This document shows, one piece after another, positions 29,466 through 39,528 of a stretch of DNA of 64,000 bases (position 1 is its first letter; each line of letters begins with the position of its first letter). The translations under genes and the position numbers were made by a program. The notes beneath the pieces were generated by a model that was not told where the DNA came from, ran no database searches, and saw only the letters and a list, made by a program, of their open reading frames with translations. Source of the stretch: Promethearchaeota archaeon (GTDB lineage Archaea > Asgardarchaeota > Lokiarchaeia > Sigyniarchaeales > SOKP01); the NCBI GenBank assembly GCA_016839765.1, contig JAEOTP010000016.1:64001-128000 (forward strand), in the 5' to 3' direction.

Positions 29466-31025
29466 TCATTTAATTACATTAAACGAAAGACCGATAAAAA
29501 CAGGTCCTCTAATATCAATTTTTTTTTGTTTAGAGTGAATATACTCTAGTACAACATCATCTACCTCTAAATTCACTTCAGAAGCACGATAACACATTTT
29601 TATTCTATGTTCATAAGAAGTTTTATTTTGATCTAATAGAATTTCTATATTATAAGCCATTTCTGAAGCGATAGCTTCAAGGTAATTTTTATTTGTGTTG
29701 ATTGCATTTTCAGGAATTTCATTTGGAGGTAATCCTATAATATTTCCATCTTGTACCCATATCTTATTAAGGGAGGCAGGGCCTAACAATTTTACATTTT
29801 TATCTTTTTCCCATATAAATACAGCAATCCTCTTATTTTTTATGATTCCTTCCCAAACCTTTATTTCTATGGGAGATTTTTCATCCTTGCTATTCAAAGC
29901 GGTTTGTAAAATTGCATTTTTGATTTCAATTCCTTTTTCAGTTAAAGGAATATATTTATAGTTAATTGATCTACTGATTTCTTCATCTGAAAATGCAATA
30001 TCTTCATAAAAGTAAGGATATACTAATTTTCTAATGTCTTCAATTTCAGTTTTTATCATACAAATTCTTTCAACACCAAAACCAATATTAAAAACAGGAT
30101 ACTGAATGTTATATTGTGCTAAACTTACAGGAGAATAAAATCCTCCATCTCCAATTTCGATCCATTCTTTAGTTTTAGGATGTTCTACAAATATTTCAAA
30201 CTCAGTTTGAGGAGCATAATACTTTGATGTGGCTTTCTTAATATCTGATTTATTATTTTTAAACCCCATTTCTTCACATATATCAGATGCAATATTCTGA
30301 CAATCTTCCAGGGAAATTTCTTCTGCCATGATAACTAAAGATAATGTATTAGAACAATATAGATGAGTGGCATCAATTTTTTGTTCTCGGCGAAATTTAG
30401 GGCAAATTGAAAAATATTGAAGTGGAAGGGACTTTTTTTTCTGCAATTCATTTAATACTAAAAACCATAAAGCCGTAGTATGGCTTCTGAGTGTAGTTTT
30501 TGTAGGTATTGGTTTTAAATTTTTCAATTCTGGAAAAACTTTATCAATAATTTCGGTGGCTTCAGACTCTTCAACTTCTAACCTTTCAATAAAGGTTTCA
30601 ATTAAATCATCAGCTTCAATTTCTCCTTTTTTATATGCTCTAAAGATATTTTTTAATACATCAATTTTATTAAAATTTGGAATTATTTTCTTTAAAAAAT
30701 TGATTTTTTCATTTGAAATTCCAATATCTGGGCGAGGTAAACCCGCTAAAAAAAATAATCTATCAAGAATTAAAGCAGCTTCAGGGCCATATTGCTTATA
30801 AATTTCACTTTCCTCGACAAACATTGGTAAAATTAGTTCTTCAAACCCTAGAGAGATCATCTTTTTCCTTGCATTAAAGATAAAGTCGTTTACAATGTGG
30901 CTTTTACCCTTTTTCACTAAATTAAAATAGTTGCCTTTTAGCTTCAAAAGGTTTTTCGTCTCAAGCCATGCTTTCTCATAGTTTATCTTGCTTTCATGTT
31001 TTATTTTTTCAGTTTCAAAAGGCAT
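29466..31025 (-). CDS. sepS: O-phosphoseryl-tRNA(Cys) synthetase (SepRS)
   Basis: YEKAWLE, KQYGPEAALILDR, LRSHTT, FRREQKIDATHL, SKYY, DIRGPVF. Confidence 0.93.
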   Translation of the reverse strand: MPFETEKIKHESKINYEKAWLETKNLLKLKGNYFNLVKKGKSHIVNDFIFNARKKMISLGFEELILPMFVEESEIYKQYGPEAALILDRLFFLAGLPRPDIGISNEKINFLKKIIPNFNKIDVLKNIFRAYKKGEIEADDLIETFIERLEVEESEATEIIDKVFPELKNLKPIPTKTTLRSHTTALWFLVLNELQKKKSLPLQYFSICPKFRREQKIDATHLYCSNTLSLVIMAEEISLEDCQNIASDICEEMGFKNNKSDIKKATSKYYAPQTEFEIFVEHPKTKEWIEIGDGGFYSPVSLAQYNIQYPVFNIGFGVERICMIKTEIEDIRKLVYPYFYEDIAFSDEEISRSINYKYIPLTEKGIEIKNAILQTALNSKDEKSPIEIKVWEGIIKNKRIAVFIWEKDKNVKLLGPASLNKIWVQDGNIIGLPPNEIPENAINTNKNYLEAIASEMAYNIEILLDQNKTSYEHRIKMCYRASEVNLEVDDVVLEYIHSKQKKIDIRGPVFIGLSFNVIK

Positions 31026-31052
31026 TGGTATCGTTATAGAGATTTTTCTATT

Positions 31053-31676
31053 TTATTTATTAAATTTGACATTGTTTTCTATGCATGTTTTTAATTCATT
31101 CATTTGTAGAGAAATTGAAATATCTCCTCGTGTTTTTTCGATTATACCTCTTGCTCTATCTGTTTTTTGTCTTAGATCCTGAGTTAATCCAGGAGGATAA
31201 TCAATTGCAAATAAATAAGAATAAATTTCGTCCATAGTTTCTAAAATTTTATTTAAATCTTGAATCTGTGAATTTCTAATATTATCTAATGCATATCTTC
31301 TTAATTCTCCAATAACATCGGCTAAACCGAATGCATAATTCAATGGATTAATATTCAATTCGCTAGGTTTTGGTAATTCTTTATTGGCTACAATTGAATA
31401 GAAGGTTACTGCTTCAGCATATTCTTGCTCAGGAGTTTTTAAATACTTAAAAAATGCTCCAGGATTACTTTTTACAATTGAAACGAGTTTTTCATGAACA
31501 CGTTTAATATTTATTAATTTCTCATGATATTGATCATATTCTTTTCTATGAATATTTTTAATTGCAATACTACAATCGCGAATAATTGTTCGAGAAATTT
31601 TTAATATTTCTTCACGGTCTAGATCTAATTTATCTAATGCTAGTATGAGTTCTGAAAAAATGTTTTTAAGATTCAT
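31053..31676 (-). CDS. Translin/TRAX-family protein
   Basis: REEILKISR, QEYAEA, GLADVIGELRR, LRQKTD. Confidence 0.9.
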   Translation of the reverse strand: MNLKNIFSELILALDKLDLDREEILKISRTIIRDCSIAIKNIHRKEYDQYHEKLINIKRVHEKLVSIVKSNPGAFFKYLKTPEQEYAEAVTFYSIVANKELPKPSELNINPLNYAFGLADVIGELRRYALDNIRNSQIQDLNKILETMDEIYSYLFAIDYPPGLTQDLRQKTDRARGIIEKTRGDISISLQMNELKTCIENNVKFNK

Positions 31677-31802
31677 TCTAATAGATAACTATTTTAGTAA
31701 TAATTAATTTGAATTTTAAATATAATAAATTATCAAAAGCTAGAAAAATATTTAGAATTTTTTGTTAGAGATTTCATAATTAAATAACCAATCAAGATAA
31801 CA

Positions 31803-33863
31803 ATGAAAATTTTATTAATTCATTCAGATGGTGTAAAAGTTGTTAAGAATAAACCTGCCACAAGTGAGCCACAAGAATTTCCAGAAGATATAATCGAGAT
31901 GAAGGGTTTAATCCTTGTTGCTTATGTTTCAGTTGAAGATCAGGATACTTATGATACAGATTTGATTTCAAAGCAGGGAGCTGATGTAATTGAAGAAGCT
32001 ATACTCCAAATAACAAATTTTCCAGAGAGGGTTAGAGAAAGGAATGAGGAAATACGAGATTACAATAAAGGGATCGAGGAAGGTAAGACCAAAGGAAAGC
32101 AAAGAAAATTCATCGAACTAATTAAGGATAGAAGTATATACCGAGTTGATAAGGTACTAGTTTATCCTTGGGCTCATTTAAGCAAATTTCTTAGTAATGA
32201 AGCAGTTGCTATGGAAGTATGTCCAAAAATAGCTGAATTTTTAAGTGAAAAAGGAATTAAAGCAAAATTTTCACCTTTTGGGTGGTATAAATCTTTTGAA
32301 ATTTCCTGCATTGGACATGAAGTAGCTGAAATGTATAGAGATGTAAAATTGGCGATTACACCTGAAGAAAAAATAAAGAATTCCGTCTTCAAAGTAATCA
32401 CGCCTACAGGCAATGAATTAGATATAAAATTCGATGATGAGCATAATGTTCTTCCGTTTAAGGAAGTTAAAGATCAAGATTTCAATATGTTTCTAAAATC
32501 TGAACTTGGATCTAGACGGGTGGATAAATCAATTGAACCTGCTCATATCAAAGTGATGAAAGAATTTGAATTAGTTGATTTTGATCCAAATACCGATGCT
32601 GGAAATTTAAGATGGTATACGAAAGGAGTTATAATGAAAAATTTGATAAAGAATTACGTTGAGGATAGGCTAATCGATTATGGAGCAATACTTATTGATA
32701 CTCCAATAATGTATACAGTTAAGAATAAAAAATTAACTGCTCAAACAGCAAGATTTCCAGCTAGAAGTTATTGGCTTGAGTCTGGAAGTGATAGATATTT
32801 ACTGCGATATGCATCAGATTTTCTTTTATTTGATTTATTCTCATCTATGAATTTAAAACCTCAGTATTTTCCTCTAAGAGTCTATGAATGGGAACAATAT
32901 GCATTTAGACGGGAACTAGAAGGAGAACTTACTGGATTGCGGAGGTTGCGTGCTTTTATAATGCCGGATATGCATAGTTTATGTAAAGATTTAGATTCGG
33001 CGATAGAGGAATTCAAAAAACAATATTTCTTAATAAAGAATCTTGAAAAAGACTTAGGAGTGAAAACTTTTGTAATATTTAGAGCTACTAGAGATTTCTA
33101 TAGAGAGAATAAAGACTGGATAATAAATTTAATAAAAACAGAAGATGCTCCAGCTTTATTAGAGTTATGGGACGAAAGGTATTATTATTATGTATTAAAA
33201 CTTGAGAGAAATGTTCTTTCTGCTGAAAATAAAGATGCAACATTAGCAACAAATCAGATAGATGTAGAAAGTTGCTTAGACTATATGATAGATACAGATG
33301 GAAAAAAGAGACAAAAATATAATATCTCGTTTATAGATACAGATGGGAAAGTTAAGCATCCTATGATATTACATAATTCTCCAACGGGAGGTATAGAAAG
33401 AGTTCTATGGGGGCTTATTGAATCTGCTGTTCGAAATAAAGATAAATTAGTTCCAGGTTTTAAAACATGGTTATCTCCTATTCAAATAAGAATTATCACT
33501 ATAAGCAATGAACAAAACAAATATGCTGAAAAGCTTTTAAATCTTATAAGTGAAAAATCATATCGCGTAGATTTTGATGATCGCGAAGAAACTGTTGGAA
33601 AAAAGATAAGACAAGCAGAAATAGAATGGATTCCTTATATAATTATAGTAGGGAAAACGGAACAAGCAAATGAAACAATTTCAATAAGAAAACGATTAAT
33701 AGGTAAGCCTTTTGGACCAAAAAAAGCAACTTCAGAGCAAATAAATAATATAAAGGTAAGTAAATTATTAGAAATTCTTGAAGAGGAAACGAAAGGTGCT
33801 CCAAAATACAAACTTCCTAGACCATTTCGCAGATTTTCAACAAAAGTATCTTTTAGAAAATAA
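31803..33863 (+). CDS. thrS: Threonine--tRNA ligase, archaeal type with N-terminal editing domain
   Basis: MKILLIHSD, YPWAHLS, PFGWYK, FRRE, LRAFIMPDMH, HNSPTGGIER. Confidence 0.96.
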   Translation: MKILLIHSDGVKVVKNKPATSEPQEFPEDIIEMKGLILVAYVSVEDQDTYDTDLISKQGADVIEEAILQITNFPERVRERNEEIRDYNKGIEEGKTKGKQRKFIELIKDRSIYRVDKVLVYPWAHLSKFLSNEAVAMEVCPKIAEFLSEKGIKAKFSPFGWYKSFEISCIGHEVAEMYRDVKLAITPEEKIKNSVFKVITPTGNELDIKFDDEHNVLPFKEVKDQDFNMFLKSELGSRRVDKSIEPAHIKVMKEFELVDFDPNTDAGNLRWYTKGVIMKNLIKNYVEDRLIDYGAILIDTPIMYTVKNKKLTAQTARFPARSYWLESGSDRYLLRYASDFLLFDLFSSMNLKPQYFPLRVYEWEQYAFRRELEGELTGLRRLRAFIMPDMHSLCKDLDSAIEEFKKQYFLIKNLEKDLGVKTFVIFRATRDFYRENKDWIINLIKTEDAPALLELWDERYYYYVLKLERNVLSAENKDATLATNQIDVESCLDYMIDTDGKKRQKYNISFIDTDGKVKHPMILHNSPTGGIERVLWGLIESAVRNKDKLVPGFKTWLSPIQIRIITISNEQNKYAEKLLNLISEKSYRVDFDDREETVGKKIRQAEIEWIPYIIIVGKTEQANETISIRKRLIGKPFGPKKATSEQINNIKVSKLLEILEEETKGAPKYKLPRPFRRFSTKVSFRK

Positions 33864-33886
33864 TTTTTATCAAAATTGAGAATATT

Positions 33887-34510
33887 ATGGCGATTAAATG
33901 TATAATTTTTGATCTAGGAGGAGTCATTGTAGAACTTGATTTCAGTCGTTTTTTTAATGAAGTGATTACTCCATCTCCATTAAATAAACCAAGTACTTAC
34001 ATAATGATGGAATTTTTCCGTCAATCCGATACATACCATCAAGGTAAAGTTACCAATGAGGAATTTTATCAATTAGCCTGTGAGTTACTTCAAGTATGTT
34101 CATTAGATCAAAAAGCCTTCTATAATGCTTTTAACAGTATTATAGCAGACATAAATTTGGAAATTTTGGATTTAATAAAAACTGTTAAGAAAGTTAATCA
34201 AGTAAAATTAATGTGTATGTCAAATATTAATGCTAGTCATTGGAAACATTTAAAAAAACAAAATTGGGATATATGGAATTTATTTGATGATTTTATCCTA
34301 TCGCATGAAATTCAAATGACTAAACCAGATCCTGCTATATATCAATTAGCCATTAAAAAAGCAAACTGTAAACCAAAACAAATTCTATTCATTGATGATG
34401 GTTTAAATAACGTCAAAGCTGCTGAGGAAGCTGGAATAAAAGCACTCCGATTTAGCAATATTGAAAAATTAAAAAAAGATCTTCAAATTTATAGCATTAA
34501 ATTGAAATAA
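33887..34510 (+). CDS. HAD-family phosphatase (YihX-like)
   Basis: FDLGGV, SN, KPDPAIY, FIDD. Confidence 0.9.
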   Translation: MAIKCIIFDLGGVIVELDFSRFFNEVITPSPLNKPSTYIMMEFFRQSDTYHQGKVTNEEFYQLACELLQVCSLDQKAFYNAFNSIIADINLEILDLIKTVKKVNQVKLMCMSNINASHWKHLKKQNWDIWNLFDDFILSHEIQMTKPDPAIYQLAIKKANCKPKQILFIDDGLNNVKAAEEAGIKALRFSNIEKLKKDLQIYSIKLK

Positions 34511-34537
34511 GCATCATTAATAACTACTCTGTAGTTA

Positions 34538-35071
34538 TCACGCTTCTTTCACACTTTCTAAACATGCTTTAGCAATTTTTTTAAAAGCTTGTTCTACATT
34601 TTCTCCTGTTTTAGCAGAAGTTTCTAAATAATCACAGCAATTAAGTCTTTTTACTAAATCTTCTGCTTCTGATCTCTCTACTTGGCGTTTTAAATCCGTC
34701 TTATTTCCAACTATTATCATTGGAATTGACTTTTTTACTGACTTTTTAATACTACTTATCCAACCAGGAAGTTTTAACAAGGATGGTTGACTTGTAACGT
34801 CATATACGCCGAAAGCCCCATTACTGCCCTTGAAATAGATTTGGCGAAGCTTACTAAATTGTTCCTGACCACCAATATCCCAAAGGAGTAATCTAACATT
34901 TGTATTTTCAACTTCTACATCTTTTATTAAAAAATTTGAGCCGATTGTTTGTTTTAATTCTGGATTAAAATAATCCTTTATGTATCTAATCAAGAGGGAG
35001 GTTTTACCAACTCCACCCGCCCCAAAAAGAGTAATCTTAAATTTAAATGTGTTCTTCTGCATTTTAATCAA
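34538..35071 (-). CDS. Rab-like small GTPase
   Basis: GAGGVGKT, TIG, WDIGGQE, GNKTD, ETSAK. Confidence 0.95.
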   Translation of the reverse strand: MIKMQKNTFKFKITLFGAGGVGKTSLLIRYIKDYFNPELKQTIGSNFLIKDVEVENTNVRLLLWDIGGQEQFSKLRQIYFKGSNGAFGVYDVTSQPSLLKLPGWISSIKKSVKKSIPMIIVGNKTDLKRQVERSEAEDLVKRLNCCDYLETSAKTGENVEQAFKKIAKACLESVKEA

Positions 35072-35300
35072 TATTTTTGAAGTTAAGTTATAAAAAATGA
35101 TTATTTCTAAGCGTTACATTTTTATTAAATACAAAAATGCTTTTGTATATTTGATATATTATATTATAGGTATTTATATGTTTAGCATTAAATATGATTA
35201 GAAGGCATTTAATCCGATATCGAATATTAGTTGTATGTATTTTGTTTAAGATTTTTATTTATTACTCCTCTTACTCATAAGAAAAAAGAGTTATGGCTAA

Positions 35301-36641
35301 TTAGGATTTGTCTGCATGGTCTTTCTTAATTTTCTCTACAATGAGATGTGTTTCCTTTTTTACTGCGTGTGTTGTTTTTTGCCCTATTCTACCGATTTGT
35401 ACCATTATCCATTCAGGACTACCAACCCCATTTGCAAATTCTATCCACACATACATCAAAAAGCCCATTAAACCCGTGAAACCAAGCCATATAAATACAA
35501 AGTATAAGATATTAAAATAGCGTACGAAAAGACTAATAAATGCCCAATGTACAAGAAATAGACTTAGAGAAACTTTACCATAATATACTAGCATCCTAAT
35601 AAAACTATTATCTTTTTCTTTAATATCGATATAGTAAAAAAAGATTGCAATTATAAGTAAAGCCCATCCTAAATTATAGCACATGTTTGAGGATCTGCCT
35701 CTAATTAAGAAATCAGGCATTCCTGGAATGGGTGTTGGTTTTATTATAAAATCTGTAAAAACTTGACCGTTTGCTATTCTTAGCAAATCTAAGAAAGGAT
35801 AATCTTCATATATATATGGAGTATAAATTTGTAAGGGGGTTCCTAGAATAAAAGGATAGATCATGCCCAAACCAATAAGACAAATACCCCAAAAAAGAAA
35901 TATTCTAAAAAGAACTGTATAGGCTTGTTTAGTTCCGTCAATCATTGCAGCATAGAGATATTCACCAAAAATAGTTGAAATAAAGCATATGGATAAGAAC
36001 GGAATTAATGGCGTCATTGGAGCTGGTGAAACTACAATATAATGAACAATTGAAAGGAATAGATTTCCAGCTTCTTTTCCATCATAAAGATATTGCCTTA
36101 TTGTATCCGATGTAAAAATAATGAAAGTCCCTATAATTCCTCTTGTCGCTTTACCTAATTTTAAAGCGTAAAGTGAGATAATCTGTGAAAACCCAATGAA
36201 TACCAAGATATTCCAGTTCCAAATCCAGTCTGGTTTGTTAAAAAGGAAAACCGTAGGAAGATTAAACAAAATTCCTATCACCATTATGACTATACCGCGG
36301 GTAATAATCCCATTTCTAATAACTTTATCTGGTACAACCCCTTGTTTTCTTTTGACACTAAAGATTACACTAAGAGCAGAAAGAAATACAAATAGGGAGG
36401 GGCCGAGAAAATCAAGTAGAGCATACATAAGCCCATAAAGATATATCCATTGGCTATCTAACCAGGCACTGCTCGTGTGAGCCATGAGGATCATGACGAT
36501 TGCGAGCCCCTTTACGAAATCTATGCTCCGAATTCGCCTTGGGGAAGCATAATTCTTCAGATCATCGACTGGGATTTCCTGCTTTAAGTAATCGAACAGT
36601 GCGACTGAATCCATATCTACTTGTTCTTCTTGAACAGACAT
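35301..36641 (-). CDS. DUF1624/HGSNAT-like membrane acyltransferase
   Basis: RIRSIDFVKGLAIVMILMAH, FVFLS, many TMs, GKVSLSLFLVH. Confidence 0.8.
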   Translation of the reverse strand: MSVQEEQVDMDSVALFDYLKQEIPVDDLKNYASPRRIRSIDFVKGLAIVMILMAHTSSAWLDSQWIYLYGLMYALLDFLGPSLFVFLSALSVIFSVKRKQGVVPDKVIRNGIITRGIVIMVIGILFNLPTVFLFNKPDWIWNWNILVFIGFSQIISLYALKLGKATRGIIGTFIIFTSDTIRQYLYDGKEAGNLFLSIVHYIVVSPAPMTPLIPFLSICFISTIFGEYLYAAMIDGTKQAYTVLFRIFLFWGICLIGLGMIYPFILGTPLQIYTPYIYEDYPFLDLLRIANGQVFTDFIIKPTPIPGMPDFLIRGRSSNMCYNLGWALLIIAIFFYYIDIKEKDNSFIRMLVYYGKVSLSLFLVHWAFISLFVRYFNILYFVFIWLGFTGLMGFLMYVWIEFANGVGSPEWIMVQIGRIGQKTTHAVKKETHLIVEKIKKDHADKS

Positions 36642-36761
36642 GATTTTTCAAAAAATAGCAATTAATTTTGAGTTGAGAATTAAAAAATAAATTAATATTA
36701 ATATTTATTTTTATACTATTTGAATGTTTATGTATGAAAAATCAAATATCGAGAATGTTAT

Positions 36762-37184
36762 ATGAACATTAAATCTATTTTTGATTATAGGTTGTTAGGG
36801 CTAACAGGGTCAATTTTGTTAATTATATCTCAGTTTTTTTCGTGGTTTTCTGGTTACTCATTAATGGAGAGATATATAATAGCTACATCTGTGGATATTT
36901 CAAATGCATTTTTATATCTTTTTCCTTTAATCAGTGGAAGTATATGTTTAATAGCTACTTTATTAATATATTTTAAATTAGAATATCGAATAAATTCGGT
37001 AATCATTAATTTTGTGGGATTTGGTTTCTTTTTGATTTTTATTTTTGAATTAATTCCTCAAGAAATAGATTATATTACGAGTGCAGGTATTGGTTTTTAT
37101 ATGTCTATAGCAGGTGCTATTCTAATCTTTTTTCATAATTTAAATATCCTTTTAACAAGAGAAAAATCCAAAGAAGGGAGTTAA
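36762..37184 (+). CDS. Four-TM hypothetical protein
   Basis: Four hydrophobic segments; FSW and GIGFY motifs. Confidence 0.7.
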   Translation: MNIKSIFDYRLLGLTGSILLIISQFFSWFSGYSLMERYIIATSVDISNAFLYLFPLISGSICLIATLLIYFKLEYRINSVIINFVGFGFFLIFIFELIPQEIDYITSAGIGFYMSIAGAILIFFHNLNILLTREKSKEGS

Positions 37185-37234
37185 AAATTAAAGAAAGCGA
37201 AAAAGATAATTTAGATAAGAATGATTCTGGAAAT

Positions 37235-38080
37235 TTGGAATCGAACTTTTACTATGCATTAGGACATGATCTTAGAAGAAGGATTATAAAAATTATAGGG
37301 GACAATGAATTTTCTTCTTTTACCGCTCTTAAAAAAGAATTAAAAGTTAGCACTGGCACAATTTATCATCATTTAGATGCATTGTCTCAATTAATTGAAC
37401 AAGGAAAAGATAAAAAGTATTATTTAACAGAATTAGGGCAGCATGCTTATGATTCATTACAAGATAATATTGAAAACATAATTTCTGATTTCTCAAAAAA
37501 AGAATTCAATTCTCCTATTTTAAAAAGTTTAATGTTTTTAACTCCAAAAAAAATTATTAACTATGAGAAAGGTTATAAAATCTATACGGTTATTTTTTCG
37601 ATAGGTCTTTTAATTTTGGGCTTGATTTTTTGTAACTTAAATGCCTTATTTCCAATTTTATTATTTTTTACCAATCTATTCCAATCTTTGCAAACCGCTA
37701 ATCTAAGTTTACAGATATTTTTTAATGTATTTTTTATTATAAACTTTCTACTATATTATTTTATTAATGAAATAATCTGCCGTCTCGTTTATAAGAAAAA
37801 TGAGAATTCTATTAAATTTTTATTGTCTTTTAGTCTTATTTTTTATCCAACCATAATATATTTAGCAATACATTACTTATTTAAGGAATTAGATCTATTA
37901 GATTATTCGGTAATAAGTATTTTGGATAATATTTTAATGATTATATTTCAAGTATGGGCATTATGGCTTCTAACTTATAATTTAATCGTTAATAAGCATT
38001 TAAAAGTTGAAAATGCACTGATTATCTCTTTACTGATTCATTACGGCGGATTTTCAATTATATTGGCTTTATCTATTTAA
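37235..38080 (+). CDS. ArsR-like winged helix fused to a multi-TM domain
   Basis: ALGHDLRRRII...STGTIYHHL...YYLTELG followed by about 5 TMs. Confidence 0.8.
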   Translation: MESNFYYALGHDLRRRIIKIIGDNEFSSFTALKKELKVSTGTIYHHLDALSQLIEQGKDKKYYLTELGQHAYDSLQDNIENIISDFSKKEFNSPILKSLMFLTPKKIINYEKGYKIYTVIFSIGLLILGLIFCNLNALFPILLFFTNLFQSLQTANLSLQIFFNVFFIINFLLYYFINEIICRLVYKKNENSIKFLLSFSLIFYPTIIYLAIHYLFKELDLLDYSVISILDNILMIIFQVWALWLLTYNLIVNKHLKVENALIISLLIHYGGFSIILALSI

Positions 38081-39392
38081 TAATATTGAATTCTTTCTTT
38101 TCCAATACTTTAATAATCTTATTAATTCTCCTTTCAGATGAGGGAAGATCTTTAGTTTTTGTAGCAATAAAACAAGAATAGTAATCAATTTGAGTTTTAT
38201 CATCACCGCTAAGCTTTATTGGGGGGGTAACTATTTCAGGAATATCATTTATTATTTTAGGAATGATAATTTTACTCACATTTTCAAAAGAAGCTGTTCC
38301 AGTATATTCTAGATTTAAAGGACCAAATTTTGAAAATTTATGGAATTGATTTTTGTATAAATCAAAATTATTTTCGTTAAAATTTAAGATAATACCCATT
38401 AAGTTTTGTTTAACAATATTTCTAATTCCTATATATGAAGTGGTTAATCTTGGATTAATCTCGATGAAACTTAATGACTTCTCCTGTTTTTGGATAAAGT
38501 CTATACCAAAATATCCATTAAAGTATGAAAAATTCAGCTTTTCGAAATTCTTTTTTAAAGAGATCGCTATATCTTCCCAATTCTCTACGGGTGTATAACC
38601 TCCAAAATATTTTGACTCATGATGGGAGTTCCTTATGACAATATGTTGATGATTAATACCAATTATAATCGGAGGGCTTTTAGATGATGTATTTAGAATA
38701 TTATTTCCTATTAATGAAACACTCATGTCCCTACCTTCAATGAATTCTTGTAGGATATAACTTCTGGAATGGTCAAGAGTATCTGTAGATTGATTGAAAA
38801 AATTTATAATTTGATTTTCAGTTTCAAAATAATAGATTGATTCTGCTCCAACTCCATCTTCGGGCTTTATTATGATTGGGGCATCAAACTCATTCAGTTT
38901 TCTAATTATGAACTCAATATCAAATCTATCTTGTTTATAAGGTACTAAAAAAGTCATTGGAGTGCAAATTTTCTTCTCTTTTAAAAAATTATAGGTTTTT
39001 AATTTTGAAGAGCCCAGTATAATCCCTTTTAAACCAACACTTAAAACAATCGCATCGTTATCTAATGCGATTTTTGTAAGATTAAAAAGAATATTTAAGA
39101 ATTCTGGAGCGATAATAAAGCAAAATTTACTTTTTTTAACACATTCCTTAAATTTAGTAACGAAATTATCTGAATTTTGGACGATGTTAATAAAATCAGC
39201 TTTTAAACACCTTGATAAAAATTGAATTCGAAAATCTAAAAGAGTTTCAATTTCATAATCTAAATTTTGAAAATCAGCAATAATAGATCTTAGCATGCCA
39301 AATCCTTCAGCAAAGAGTAAGGCAGGAATCTTAACTTGATTGAATCCCCCTCCAGAAACAAATTCAAGGATAAAAATTGTGTTTTTATTCAT
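38073..39392 (-). CDS. ATP-grasp ligase, MfnD (tyramine--glutamate ligase)-like
   Basis: EFVSGGG...EGFGML, IAPE, KPEDGVG, QEFIEG, EINPRLTTSY. Confidence 0.8.
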   Translation of the reverse strand: MNKNTIFILEFVSGGGFNQVKIPALLFAEGFGMLRSIIADFQNLDYEIETLLDFRIQFLSRCLKADFINIVQNSDNFVTKFKECVKKSKFCFIIAPEFLNILFNLTKIALDNDAIVLSVGLKGIILGSSKLKTYNFLKEKKICTPMTFLVPYKQDRFDIEFIIRKLNEFDAPIIIKPEDGVGAESIYYFETENQIINFFNQSTDTLDHSRSYILQEFIEGRDMSVSLIGNNILNTSSKSPPIIIGINHQHIVIRNSHHESKYFGGYTPVENWEDIAISLKKNFEKLNFSYFNGYFGIDFIQKQEKSLSFIEINPRLTTSYIGIRNIVKQNLMGIILNFNENNFDLYKNQFHKFSKFGPLNLEYTGTASFENVSKIIIPKIINDIPEIVTPPIKLSGDDKTQIDYYSCFIATKTKDLPSSERRINKIIKVLEKKEFNIIK

Positions 39393-39528
39393 AATTTTTT
39401 TATAAAATTTTTACTCAGAATTTTATAAATTTAGTTGTAATTAAAAAGTTTTTATAGATTAGTTTTAAAATGATGATTTAATAATCTTAATTAACTTAAA
39501 TTTAACAAAAAAACTATAGAAAAAGATT

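Noticed and set aside
38073-39392. Methanofuran pathway cluster
   Set aside because: Only a single MfnD-like ATP-grasp gene; no other mfn genes in the window.
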